A stretch of DNA of 64,000 nucleotides from Klebsormidium nitens (Eukaryota; Plantae; Klebsormidiophyceae): assembly GCA_000708835.1 (NCBI GenBank), contig DF236985.1, positions 62,001 through 126,000 of the forward strand, read 5' to 3'. Below, one piece after another: positions 51,301-64,000 of the stretch. The notes under the pieces are model-generated. The model was not told the origin of the DNA, searched no databases, and was given only the letters and a program-made list of their open reading frames with translations. A program made the position numbers and the translations under genes. Every line of letters starts with the position of its first letter. Positions within the stretch are counted from its first letter, which is position 1.

Positions 51301-54300
51301 CCACCGCGTTCTCATCGGCGGAGAAGTCTAAGGAGGCGGTGGAGTCGCTCGCGTGGTTTATGCAGTCAGCAAAGGGGACCTGCGGAGTGCAGCAAAGTGC
51401 TCTTGAAGCCTCCTCTTCGTTGAATGCGCGAAATCCGCTTTTCGTGTATTTCTTTCTGCCTTTGCTGTCCCGATGAAAATTACAGAACAGTTTTGTTGGG
51501 CACCAAAGCAGAGTGAGTCTGCTTGAAAGTTTCCATTACAAAGGGGTGAGAAGAGGGAAAGGCTTCTTACAGTGTTTAACCAGCCATGCGAGTAAGAAAG
51601 GAGAGCAAATTGAGCCGGTCAAAGGAAGCGGCAAGAGCGCCGGTCGGTCATAAGCGCGTTATTTGAAAACCATAAAGCACTCCGTTGTCTGCTCGACATC
51701 GAGAGGGATTGGCACTCTGCAAACGACTCCTCGGAAAGCGAAGGTCTTTCAGAAATCAACAGAAAACAGAAACTTGCTTGGAGGCGAGAGCGAGAAAAGG
51801 TCCCCAAATAAGACCGAAGATTAGAAGCCTCGTTGAAACCAAAGGAACCTCAATTCCGGTCAGGACGAAGCAGAAATGCAGAAGTCGTCTTAAAGTAGGG
51901 GTCGAATCTCACGTTGAAGCGAACTTCGTCGACTTGCCGTCCGGATATTTGCCGGTCGCCCTTGCTCCGTCGATGACTAAATGTGCCGTCTGTCAACAGC
52001 CAAGTCCTACTTTAGTTTTTTAAAAAGCAAAGGTAACTTTCTCACCAGAGCAAAGCAGTCCGCGGAGGGCAGGAACACAACGCGCGAGAGCACGACGGCG
52101 AACGTCTCCTTGAAGGCTTCGAAGGAGAAGAAGGGCGGCAGGAACAGCTCGGGGTCGCCCGAAAAGAACGTCGACAGCTGCGCGTATTCGGACTCCACCG
52201 CGCGCAGCCGCTCTTGGACGTCCGCTGAAATAAGCAATTTTACAGTTTCAGGCTTTTTGATTGGAGCAGATGAGACGTAGCAGGTCCGAGAAGAATGTCG
52301 ACAGCTGTGCCTACTTGGACCCTACCGCAGGAGCTGCTTCCGGACGTCCGCTGAAGTAACGGGTAACACGCTGCATAATTTGAATTCCAGGACTCAGCAA
52401 TCGAGGAGAAACGATGAAGCAGCTCCGAAATAATGGTCGACAAGGCGCATTGAGCGGACTCCGAGTACAACAACCACTAAGGAAATTAGGTCACAGATTT
52501 CTGAGTTCCGGGATGGAGCACTTGAGGGTAGCTACTACGAACCAGTCGAGGATTTCCCGGTGCAAATTCCAGGAGGCTCATTCACATCACGCCGTACCAG
52601 AGCTTCATAAAGAGTGAGTGTATCCACACTCATCCAGCACAGGGTTTCCTTTCGGCAGCCCGTTCTGCCGTGGGATCGTTGTAGGAAGCTCCCTCAGTCT
52701 ATTTACAGGCGCATTCGAACCGTACCCAAGTAGAGCCGAATGGAGGGCTAGTGTGTTCAAACTCACCCAGGACGGGGGATCCCCTGAGCAGCTCGTTCTG
52801 CTTTTCGGACGTCCAGAGCAGGGGGCTGCGCGTCCGCTGCGGGAACATTCGGACGAACGGCCACCAGCCGGACTGCTCCCCCAGGGACCGCTCGTACATC
52901 ACCCAAAGCGTCAGCCCAATGACGTCACCCCGGCCTGAGGGTGGAAGCTGAACGTGTCAGAATCAGTTGGTTTCAGAAGCTCTTGACATCGAAAATTGAG
53001 AATGTCCTTGCCCTTAAAAGAACAATCGGATTGTGAGCCTGATCAAAAAAAATCGTACGGCTCCTCGTAGCGAGTTTGCAAACGCGTGTTGCAAGCGGCA
53101 AGGTTTAGCAACATTTCTGGGGACCTCCTCTCTCTCAGAAGTTCTCCACATTTCCCTCAAAGGATGGTTACTGGTTCAACCGGGTCATGCTACATCAGTT
53201 CTGCCGCAAAGTAAATCTCCCCGACGAAACTAAACCGATCCAATCATTGCCCTGATGTTGTAAGCTGCTCTGCCCAGTATGCAAAGTAGGGGCGCTTTTC
53301 AAGCCAATGACAATCGCTGTTCCTCTTTTGCCTTCCTTCTAACCTCTGGCTGGATTCAGGGCAGAAAGTCTTCCCAGCTACTCAGCCTAGCAATCTGTCT
53401 TTAGGTGGGCCGGCTCAGAAAACAATTTAAAATCGAGAAGTCGCTTTGACAACCAGAGCAAGACCCTGGAAGTAAGTAGCCCAGACTGACTTTTGCAATC
53501 ACAATCAACAAGAAACTCTCAAGAAGATAGTGCTCTTTGAGTATCTCGCAAAGGGTGAGCAGCCGAGAGTCCCTCGAAAGAACTCTCACCTTCCGCAATG
53601 TTTGCAACAACGGGGTGATTGGCCACGTCGACCCCCGTCACCGTCAAATGCTCGGGGACTTGCAACGCAACCTCGCCCTTCAGGATTACCCGCTTGGCTT
53701 TAACCCCGAGCCCTTTTGGGCCGACGTCCGCAATCTCAACAGGCTGCATAGGACGAATTACTGACGTCAGCATTAGGGGTGATGACAATTGCCGTTTGTC
53801 AAATTTGACAAGAATGATGCTCAAAAAATTCATTTCTTAGGCAGCCGAATGTGAAAAGAACTCCGTCTGATTTGCAAAGCTTTGCGTGTCTGTGAATCTT
53901 CTTCCCGCTCATACCCCAGGAGCCCAGTACTCAACCTGCCCCTCTGAAAAGAATCGACAATCCGTACTTTCCATATTCTCCTACACTCACAATGCAAACG
54001 TTACACCTCAAGGCCTTTCCAGCAGCATTGCAGAAAATTGAAAGTGGGACCTCGTACTAGACGTCAATAAGTCACGTATACTGGAAACAAGATATCAAAG
54101 AAGGTGAGTTCCACGTACTTGTTCTGGCAGCCCGCTCTCCCCTAGCCACGCCTCTAGTTCTGAGCCCCACTCCGCTTTCCGCTCGTCCACAGGCGCTTCC
54201 GTTTTCACCGCTCGCAATCTCCCAAACCTTTCTCTGCTTCTGCTGCTAGGTTCTTTCCAATGGGTTTGCAAACCCGTTCTACTAATGCTAGTCGAGGGGG

Positions 54301-54586
54301 ACAGCACCTTAGGCTGGTTGAGAGACGCAATTGGGTTTGCGCAATGAAAGCGTGAACACTCTCTTTGGCGGTGCGAGCTGCCCGAAGCTCGCCTTCCGTG
54401 CAAATGCTGTTCGGAAGAAGCCTGAGCGCTGCGGTGGGAGTGTTGAAGTAGAGTGCGGGAAGTTGCTGCTTGCACAAAATGTTCTAAGCTGCTTCGAAAT
54501 GATGGCGCACCCGAGCAGGGGCATGAAAGTTTCTCCATTAGCAGACTCGGGTCCGACAAGAACCGACCGAGCTTAGTGGCCGCCAT
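48342..54586 (-). CDS. SET-domain lysine N-methyltransferase, Rubisco LSMT-type, with probable plastid transit peptide
   Basis: Ser/Arg-rich N-terminus from ATG 54586; KGLGVKAKRVILKGEVALQVP; MYERSLGEQSGWWPFVRMFP..PLLW; AFAVVLSR-like segment (TFAVVLSRVV); VPFADCINH..EVVVTYG..NSELLI..YGFV (SET signature); substrate-binding domain ending RIGEQRIL..PIRGVPTKSGGMQ|DPNADIIEMF..GRDK* (TAG 48344-48342). Confidence 0.9.
52150..52360 (-). repeat. Diverged intronic copy of a SET-gene acceptor plus ~70 nt of the exon start
   Basis: Real: TTTCAG|CGGACGTCCAAGAGCGG..CAGCTGTCGACGTTCTT (starts 52224). Copy: CTTCAG|CGGACGTCCGGAAGCAG..CAGCTGTCGACATTCTT (starts 52350). Confidence 0.8.
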
Positions 54587-55360
54587 CTTGTGACCGCTGT
54601 TCCTTGCCCCAGCGGAGAAGCCAGTAGCTTTCTTCTCCCAACCCTGATGACCTAGCGGGCTAGAGCTTGCCCTGCTGACCGGACAGCTGCTTTGCTGGAC
54701 GCAGTACGTGGGATCCTCAGGCTCAAGTGCAAGGACAAGTGTGTGAGAACAAGCAGGCTCGAAATCCTGCGGAAAATGGTGTATGGGAACGGGAATGGAA
54801 ATGGTAATGGTTGTGACCAGATTTCGACCGTCAGTCAAACCTCTATTTGAGAATCGGACCATTGTTCAACCGATGGCTCGAGCCCGTTTCTAAAGCAGGA
54901 CAACCAGAATGATCCACGACGTACTGGAAACCAGCAACATGAGCATTCTGTGCATCGCTCTAGTTCAGGCGTCTGCTGGAAAGCTGTTCATGCAAAAGCA
55001 CATCCCTCCCACATTCTGTTCCCACCAGCTCATGGAGGCGCATTGTGATGTGCAGAAGCACAAAATGAACTCACACGTGAGAAGTAGGTAGGAGGGAACA
55101 CTACCTAGCTGCGAGTTTGAAGCTGGGCGCAAATCTTAAGACGTTCTGCTGGCTCTGCTGGGAGCTGTGCAAGTGTCAAGGCAATATTTTATCCCAGAAG
55201 TGCTCCTTAGTTGCATTCTCTCGGCACACTGCGCAACGTGCTCGCGTTGCGGTCATTGCTAACCCCATTGCAGAATTGCGGCTTCAGGGCGATTAGACGT
55301 CCTCAAAGCAGTCTGCAATTGGAGCTTTCCTCAAGGGCTGATCAGAGAACGGCAGCACGG
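54587..55360. promoter_or_regulatory. Short head-to-head intergenic region, probable bidirectional promoter and 5' UTRs
   Basis: Divergent start codons at 54586 (minus) and 55361 (plus), 774 nt apart. No specific element was identified. Confidence 0.45.
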
Positions 55361-58300
55361 ATGGCGACCATCAGTCCATCGAGTGTTGGGTTAGGAAGCT
55401 TCAATGTGCCGAGTCACTCAATCTTGCATTCAGCAGCGAGGCCAGAAAATCCAGTTCAACCAACCCACACAGTTTCTCAAGCTAGGACAAAAGTTTCTAA
55501 CTCCAGCTTGTTGGCGCCCATAGAACACCACATCGATCACCGGTTTGCTAGTAGCTTCTGTCCAACCATCCGCTGTGTTCAGCAAACGACAAGGTTGTTC
55601 AGAACCAATGGCCCCCGTAAGCTCTTGGTGAGGTGCCTCTCAGTGGCCAGGACTTCAGAGGCGTCCACGGAGGCGGAGGCATCCTATCATGTGCTGCCAG
55701 GTGGCGAGCAGCTGGAGGTCCTCGAGAAGAAGGCCAAAAAGACGGCTGGGGCTCCGATAGTGTTCATACACGGGTCCTACCATGCTGCGTGGTGTTGGGA
55801 GATGCACTGGATGGGCTACTTTGCGGAGCAAGGGCATGACACGTATGCCATCAGCTTGTTGGGGCAAGTGAGAAGAGCCCTTTCTGGTTAGATTTCTATT
55901 TTCTATCTCAAATTTACCAATGAACTGTGTCTTGCAGTGACCATCAATGACTCGAAACAAACTGTATCTTGCAAAGACCATCAATGAATCATATAATGGA
56001 AGCTGGGGACAGAGAAACGGAGGGAAATGGATCGCCACAGGAATGAAGCTTCTTTGTGTAAGCGATCCTGCAGCAAGCTGTTACTCTGTCTCATGTTATG
56101 GGGCTTACAGGAGGGCTGGGAGAAAGGTCTGGGGTCTGGATAAATCATGGCTAAGCAACATACTGGTGGCCTTTCAGGTTCAGTGTGAAAGGACCCAACC
56201 AGGCCCAATGTTCTTCAGTAAAGGCTGGCAGCTGTTCAGACTCTACGACTCGAAACACCTGCTGCAACTCACCACTGAGCATGGTGGAAAAACCTTTCAC
56301 TCGTTCTTGACCAGGGAAACAGCACTGTGGTCGACGGCCCTGTGGGCGGGACCATCTTCTCCCATGCTGAGAACATCGCTGATGTCATCAGGGCCAGAGT
56401 TGGGGAGCGGCCCGTCTTAGTGGGCCACTCGTTCGGAGGCTTGGTCGTCCAAGCATACCTAGCAGGAGCAGCTAGTGCAGGTAGGCCCTGGTTGGGAACA
56501 ATTTCAAGAGGCTATAGATGAGATGGGGCCTTTTTTGAGCTGTCATGCAGTGTAAGACTCTCAAAATCGAGTCCCTGCCACCTGTAGGCTATCCTGCAAA
56601 CTACTCTGACTGCATACCCAACCCTCTGACCCTTTCCTTCCTCCATCCAACATGCTCAATGCCAATCCACCCTAAGACATCAAATCTCCTGTAAGGCCAA
56701 AAGAAAGCATTGGGGCAAGTCGCGCCGCACACAACTACGTCACTCACGAGGTGCCTGCTTGCTTCCAGGTGACGCGGCTCGAGTTTTTCCTCCGTTAGCT
56801 GGAGCCGCACTTCTATGTTCAGTGCCACCAACGGGAAACTCGTAAGCTATCTTGCCAAGCGATTCGACCCTTTCCAATCGCTTGCAAATCTGTCTGTCCG
56901 TTCAGGCCTTCTGGCAAGTCCCGTTTTCCCTCAAAGCGCCTTTTGTTGTCCCGCTCCTAGGAACTGCGTAGTTTTAAGCTTAGAAACAATCTTCTTTCCT
57001 GTTGATAATGTTTCAACGGGCCCCTCGTTGAGAGCGGGATGCCGTTCCTTGATCATATCAAGACAACTCCAGATCGTCATAGCAGCAAAACACGGCGGCT
57101 CTCCTCATTTTTCTCTTATCTCCAATGATCCCCTTTAAATCGGTTAAGGGAAGGCAGCCGCCCCCTCGAGAATTTCTGGGACTTTTATTTGCAAGGCTGA
57201 GTCCTTCCCAGACTTCGGCCAAAGGCGAGAGTGAAGTCCGTAGGAATGAAGGTTTCCGTCTTCAGCACTCGCTTTGGTAACTTTTGGTCGACACTTGGGC
57301 AGATTTCGTCCGTGCTCAGTTTCGACTTCGGCTGATACGTTAACGATTATGCCCGCAACTAGGCTGAGGCGACGCTCTGTTTGCAGGGAAATGGTAAAGC
57401 GCATCACGATGCGGACGCCCATTGCTGCTATGAAGGTGTGTTGACAAACCTCACCTGAGACCTTTGAGGACTCAGTTTCGTGACAGTTGTTCTCATTTGT
57501 TGCGTGCTCGAGCTGTTGCTCAAGTCAAATGCCGTTGTTTTCCGGACGCAAACGAGTGAAACAAGACCAACCGCAGTCAACTAGGAACAGTCAGTGGTTC
57601 TATGTGGGTTCCTCTGTTAGGGCTTCCGTTGTACAGATTTCCACTTTTCAGCACGTTCGAAAGCTTTGATTTGGGCTGCGCGGCCGGTGTAAGGCCTCTC
57701 CTGGAAGTATGAAGCCGTACCAAATCTAGATTGTGACTGCGTATTCAGCGTCATAGAAGTGCCAACGCAAAAGCATCATAGTCACTCCCAACCTGGGTGT
57801 ATGTAATCTTGAAGCCTTCTTTTTCGTGCATACAAGGATGTTGTCAGGATGATGACGTGCAATTCGACCGCTATCGCGAAAGTGCATCCAACCGACCAGT
57901 ACATTGCGACCGGTCATTGACGTCAGCATATGTCTTACTTGGTCGCAGCTGACGTGGAGCCTGGCCGCCAAAGGGTTCTCCAAGAACCTGCCGCTCTGCC
58001 GCGACAGCTTCTTCTCGTCGGACATGCCGGACGCTGACGTCGCCAGGTGAGCGTCCGTATCGATGTCCGAACCTCAGTAAACTTCAATGGGTGACAGACT
58101 TCGATTGGGCCGTATGCGCCGTGTAAGAGCTTTGAACAAGAGCACCGAACAGCCGCTAAATCAAAAGGAGTTGGCCAAACGCGTCTCTTTCTCAGAAACT
58201 TCAATCGGACAATGTTTTCAGAATGTAGCGCTTCCTGATAGCTTGCGGGTGACAAATGTGGCGCAGTCCCAAGAAGCCTCTGTTCGGGAGCCGCTGACTG

Positions 58301-59768
58301 AAAGCGCGCAGCAGTGGGTCAAATCTGCGTCGATTCTGCGTAGAAGTTCCCTTGATCGGTCCCACTCAGTATGCGACATGACATTAAACCCGGCAATTTG
58401 ATTGGGCCGCGTGTCAAAAAGACCACGTGTCGATCATAGACCGGGGTCCGAGTCGCCGGAAATAGAATTTGGTGCAACGTCATTTCTTCGTCACTTCTCG
58501 ACTGTCTGGGGATCGGACGGTCGAAGTGAATCAAACACTGTATCGAACGGCCATCTGGGGGCCGTTCGATAATCCTGATATCGTCTTATAACGCTCAGTA
58601 CTCTCTCTTATATCTCTCCTTTTTCCTCTTTTCTTCTCTCTTTTCTGCTTTTCTCTCTTCGTTTCCCTTGTATCTCTTGGCTGTGAGTGGGGCCACACCT
58701 GTGATATCCGTCACTAGCGGTTTTGCAAACCAACTTCGACGTGCTACATTCGAAGCGTAGCTGCCAAAGATTTGTAGAGCTTCGCTTTTCCTGGCACCCG
58801 TCGAAAGCCCGTGTTAGCTCGAAACTTTCAAACTTTGACGTGCTGTTGCAGGTATCAAAAGCTCCTGGCCGGCAGCAGCAAGCAGCCGCTGATTGACCTG
58901 CGGGCAGTAAGTCGCGACCTCCCCGTGAAGAAACCGCCCGAGGGGGATCCCCCTGTACTCGTCATGGCAGCCGCGGACGATTTTGTGGTGGTAAGGCAGC
59001 GATCACCATTCTGCTTTTTGTTTCGTTCCGCCGCCGTCCGGTGTAAGACGAAGAATAAAGAGGATACTGGGCGGATCTTCTTTTCTGCGTGTCTGTTCGT
59101 CTATTGGTCTTATCCCGAACCTGATTGCGAGTCGTGGGCCAAGGCAACATTGATCGAATCTGTAATGATCGCTTCCGCTTTCATTGAAATTTACTGGAGC
59201 CAATTCACCTTTGTGGCAAATTTGAGGAGGCAGCACATGCATTTTAAGGACAAAGTGGCTAAACCTCGGTAGACGTTCGCCCGATGCATTCGACATTTCA
59301 AGGGGCATTCTCGAATTCAAGGGGTACGCTGTGAGTCATTTGGGCAGTCCTGTGAACAACAACATTTCTCTAGGATGGAAGGATTTCAATCGGTTGATTG
59401 GCCATCACCAAAATGCAGTCTGATCAAGCATATGCTTTTAATCGCGTGGCTGGTGCTTGCTTGCATCATCCCTAATTCGCCTCCCAGATTATCTTCTGTT
59501 CTTTCTTGGCGAACAGTATTGGATAATCTTGGCTTAGCGCCACACCTGCGTTTTGCACGCACCTTGCAAATGGTTCACTTTTCTTTTTGGCTTGACATTC
59601 GGGGGAAACCGATGTATACAGGACAAGGAGGGGGGTGAGGAGACGGCCGCGTTTTATGGGACGGAGGCAATCGTGATACCGAAAATTGCACACGACGTGA
59701 TGCTCGACGTGCGGTGGAAGGATGCAGCAGAATACTTGTTGAATTGGTTAGGCGAGCGCGGGCTATGA
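55361..59768 (+). CDS. Alpha/beta-fold hydrolase (esterase/lipase type) with probable organellar transit peptide
   Basis: PIVFIHGSYHAAWCW..YAISLLGQ|G (oxyanion region); VLVGHSFGG nucleophile elbow; LLCSVPPTGNS; VMAAADDFVV|D (acid); KIAHDVMLD (His); stop 59766-59768. Exons start at 55361, 56315, 56769, ~57391, 57949, ~58852 and ~59621. Confidence 0.9.
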
Positions 59769-60744
59769 CAAGAAGACGTTTGTGTGAATCAGCACGAACT
59801 GCATCAGGCGTAGTAGATATTGACACTTGAGGACTATCATCCATGTTGACTACGAGGACGATGCAAGGCAGGCTGGCAGCATATTGTGTTCCAGACTTGC
59901 CAGATTAACAGCCTCCTTTAAGGAGCTCTATCTGGACAAGTAAAGCCAACAAACCTTCCTTTCTTGTGTTTGTTAAATAGGAGGTCAGAAAGTTTGATCG
60001 CGTTGATGCAACTAGAGAATTGACGGAAGAGGAGTATCCATCCTAGATGCTCGCCAAGCAGCACAGCAACTTCTCAACTTCAATGAGGTTTGGTCCGCCA
60101 CTCGTCCGCTCTTGGATTTAGTGCTTAACATTAAGCAAACGTCCTTCCCAACGGCTGCGCTTGCACCCCTTGCTTGAACCGACCTAGCGGCTAGAGCAAA
60201 AACTGTGGATCTTGGACAGTGCTTGAGATTTCACAACGTGCATGTCGGCCCATGAAAATATCTATATTTTTCTCAAGTGAGTTCTTACACTTTGCTCTAG
60301 ATTTGAAGGGATCCCTTGCTCAATCCGGTACATATGCACCAGTTGCATTTTGCTGCCAATAGGTCGGAACTTGGAAAGCCGTCGATCTCGAAAGCACAAG
60401 CTCGAGCACCGTCGATCAAGGATCTTTGTCGCTGGATCAAATCGTGTGGGCATTGAGTGCGTGGTAGCACATGCATGCAGCGCAGGTTGCAGCGGCCCGC
60501 CGCATTTGCGGCTACCTACATGATCTGCCAGTGCAACTTGAAGCGGCTTTTCCCACCTGGAAAGGGCAAATGTACGCAGAGAGCGCATTCCGAGGCTCAT
60601 GAACGCGCATCAAAGAGCCACATAAAAGCCAGTGGCAGCAGGTATACCGTACGTTAGTCAGCAGAGCTCGAACGAAGAGGCCCTTCCCGCTTCAATCACT
60701 TGTGCACGGAGCTCGCAGCTGCCACAGCGAATCCTCGGGGCACA

Positions 60745-62593
60745 ATGGCGCCCCGCAATGCAGCCCTTGCGTGCCTCGCCTCGCTCCTCTTAACCACTAT
60801 GGTGAGCGCACAGTATGCGCCCAATGTCACCTATCAACAGCTGTACAAGTCCTTCCCCAGCAGTGCTTTCGTGTACAACCCCACTGACTCTCTGGCAGCT
60901 TCCAACAATGTGACTCAGCTCACGAATGCAGGGGGCACTTCAACTAAACGGTCGGTTAGCGAGTTCCCCGCCCTGGCAGGAAATGGGTTAGCGCAAACCG
61001 TGTTCACTTTGGGGCCCTGTGGGCTGCGCCAGCCGCACGAGCATCCCAGGGGGTCGGGCCTCCTCTATGCGATCCAGGGTGAGCAGCATTGCAGTTCTAT
61101 ACTTTTTTGATCGGATTGGAAAAGAATTTAAACTAGAATAACGAGGATGCTTTATAACCAATCTGACAAGTCTGGTCTGCATTCAGCTTGACTCAACTTG
61201 TCCAGATTGAGAAGGGCAGTGCATGCCTCCCAAGGAGTCCTGTCGCAGAGCCCTTCTTCCTTTCGAATTGGTTTCTTTCAGGTGATCTTATCACGGCCTT
61301 GCAGATTGGGACCAGCTTTGAGGTCAGTCTTTAGCTTTGTGCCCATGTAAAGCATAAAGCTTGAAAGATCTCACAGCCAAGAGCTTGTAGTTCCGCTTTG
61401 CAGTACAATGCTGTCAGCGTGCAGGCTCCAAGGTGAGGTGAAACCAAAGCGGAATGTGTCTGACTTCAGGGGTTTCGCATGCAAGCCCCATCTCAAAGCT
61501 GGTCAAACTTTTCACATATTTGGCAGTACACCCAGTCCCGCCACTGAGGACTTGATCAAGGTTAAGAATGCTCCAAAGTGGTTCATGGGCTAATTCAGAT
61601 AAGCCAATTGTTGAAAGGACGGTGTGTATAACCGGCTGGATCTGTCAATCATCCAATTTGTTGGACACAGAGGTGCCTGGCCCTTTCCAAATCTGGGTGC
61701 TTGTCGATGTGCAGTCGAAATAGCAGGCAAACTCTCCAAGCTTGGCGGCCATTAATTTGGCGGAGTCATTCTGTGCATTTACCGTGTCTCCAAAGTAGTC
61801 GGACAAAATCTTCAAAGCCGATGAAGACCTTCTGAAGCATTCTACACTTGCTGTACAGCGACAAACCTCCAGGTCGGTTTTGTCTTGCTGGACGGGACCC
61901 AGGTGATCAACAACATCTCCACTGGGGCGTCAGCCATCTTCCCTCAAGGTGAGCACAAGTCTCGACGAGATTAAGTTTACTCTCATCAGACTCTGCGGTC
62001 TCGGCGCTGATGCTTTGCTCCTGCCTTGCTTGATCCAATCCGCCGCACTTGCGTATCAAGAAAGGGAGTCGAGTCTGTTGATCCTCTATCTAGTGACAAT
62101 CTCTTTTGTCCAGCTCTGACAATATTAACCGCACGTTGATAGCTTCGATTAGGCAATCGAGTCGGATGGAAAGATCTGTCTTGGACAGCTGTCCTTGTCA
62201 ACCTCCCTTCACTTCCAGAAACTGCCTGAACGAGACTCATTATGCAGAGTCCTCAAAGTCGAGAGACTGTGCCATCATAAGATTTTCACACAGAGTCCTT
62301 TCTTCCGGGTTACTACAGGGCTGGTGCACTACCAGCAGAACCTGGATTGCGCCCCCGCCAAGTACATCATCACGTACAACGACGCCGAGGCGCAGACCGT
62401 CAACTCCGTTCCCGCGCTCTTCAACCTCCCTGCCGCTGCTGTGGTGCAAGTTCTGGGTCTGACGGCAGACCAGTACGCTCAGCTGAAGAGCACCTCGGTT
62501 GACGGAAACTTTGTGCCGGGCTCAGACCCCGCGTGTATGGCGCGGTGCGGGCTTTCCCTGCCGGCCGCCCAAAAAGCAACCGGCGGTCGCTGA
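60745..62593 (+). CDS. Secreted germin/spherulin-like cupin (3 exons)
   Basis: Signal peptide MAPRNAALACLASLLLTTMVSA; FPALAGNGLAQTVFTLGPCGLRQPHEHPR; exon 61859-61948 LQVGFV..AIFPQG; GLVHYQQNLDC; C-terminal CMARCG; stop 62591-62593. Confidence 0.9.
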
Positions 62594-64000
62594 ACGGAAA
62601 TATAGCGGAAGAGGGACTTTCCTCGGATTGTTTGAGGCGACACGGCCGCGGTGACATGATGAGATGTTGGTGGGCAGGAGAAGGGGCCAGGCCTGGGGCG
62701 GCGTACAGTCGTATATTGGAAGAGCAGGCCGGCGCTGTAAACAAAGAGATAATTGACAAGCCTCGATCCAGACGCGATACATTGTCGACAAGATTGGTGA
62801 TCCGCGAGTGGGAGACAGTGATCCATACGCTTGCTCTGGCTAGCTTGTCACAGCTTTCGAGCCTGCTCCTAGAAGAACAGTGGAGCCTGCACAGCGCACG
62901 CTACATAATAGGCTGCAGCTGTTCTGGCGCACTTTGGAGAATAGTGGTACGCTTCATTCGGCCATTGTGCTTTTTATTGATTTTCTGGTTCAAGCTGGTC
63001 AAGCTGGCACATCCTGTGAGAAATCGTGTCCAGGGCTAACTATAGACGATAAAGAGGGACCTCAAACCCAAATTAATGGTAAGTGACTATCATTCTTACA
63101 AATAGTTCGTCGACAGGCCATGTTGGTTTGTCTTGACCTGACACCGGCACGCTCTGGCACTGTTCGCGGCCCATGCGCATATATGCAATCAACTGGGTTT
63201 CACGTGCACGGAGCTTGCAATGTGATCCAATGCATCGGACATACACGCTTTGCATCGGGCCGCCGCACTGACACCGTCTGCATGGGCAACATGTAGAGTC
63301 TACATCCCGGCCAGATCATTGCGCATTTGATTGCATGCGGAACCTGCGGAGTTGAGTAGCTCGCCGTATACTGATGGCGCATATGCTTGAGACTGCAGCA
63401 TCATGGCATGGGGGCGCTTTTATAGTTTCTACTGACGAATGATAATACGCGTCCGAACTTGATTGGTCATGTGCATAACATGTCTCACAACGAAACACCA
63501 TCAATGAGAAAATAGTTCATTCATGCTTGACTAAACATTGATGCACATGCTACACGTACGTTGAAAGTTTGAAGGTGTCATATCTGTTTACGAACTAGAT
63601 CGACACTTACCCATGTAGCTCAGCTGCTAACTTCGTATAGGTACTCAAATCCGAAGTGAACACTGTACATGTTCCTCTCTTCCTCACGCCTGATGACGCT
63701 CCGCAATCGAAACTATGAAACTAATAACCCGTCATCTGCAAACCCTCCAATATACTTCTCACCGTCCTGACCATTTTGAATCGTTGTGCAATTCTAAGCC
63801 TTTCGTATGGTATGTACACTAACCAAGTCAGCCAGACCTTCCGACGAGTATCACTGCAAGGAATTTGTCCAAACACCCTCACTCCACTGGCAAAAACACT
63901 TCGTTCGTCTTCAAAAACCACGGAACGAAGGGCGGATTATACCGCGCAAGCGTCGGCGTCCCGGTGACCGTCAAGCCCGCCTCTTCCAACGCTTCTCGAA

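Noticed and set aside
1-64000. tRNA, rRNA, snoRNA or intact transposon
   Set aside because: No cloverleaf or T-loop signature, rRNA conserved blocks, terminal repeats or RT/transposase motifs seen by eye; tRNAscan-SE, Infernal and RepeatMasker would be needed to exclude them.

Overview
Eukaryotic, intron-rich nuclear DNA with GT-AG introns and land-plant-like genes. It is most consistent with a streptophyte alga such as Klebsormidium (inference only; no search was run). By manual splicing I reconstructed six protein-coding genes. (1) Minus strand, 41-12051: a ~2970-aa protein with a Pro/Gln-rich and a very long acidic disordered region, then RRM, YTH (m6A-reader fold), ankyrin repeats and a MYND zinc finger, all joined in frame. 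(2) Plus, ~18753-24842: a TrpD/YbiB-like glycosyltransferase family 3 protein. (3) Minus, 26233-38225: a secreted purple acid phosphatase with an extra C-terminal tail of two Cys-rich modules around a (GTTSAPT)8 linker. (4) Plus, 41877-47400: a DUF604/fringe-like glycosyltransferase, interrupted by a 291-N gap. (5) Minus, 48342-54586: a Rubisco-LSMT-type SET methyltransferase, head-to-head with an alpha/beta hydrolase (plus, 55361-59768). (6) Plus, 60745-62593: a secreted germin/spherulin-like cupin. Counting the hydrolase separately this makes seven genes. Two intergenic blocks (~12300-18200, ~38700-40950) look like decayed coding sequence of unknown origin. The top candidate for an undescribed system is the RRM-YTH-ankyrin-MYND protein. 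Secondary signals are the phosphatase tail module, repeated intronic copies of exon edges that keep their splice sites, and TGACGTCA palindromes clustered at splice junctions. No tRNA, rRNA or CRISPR array was recognised.
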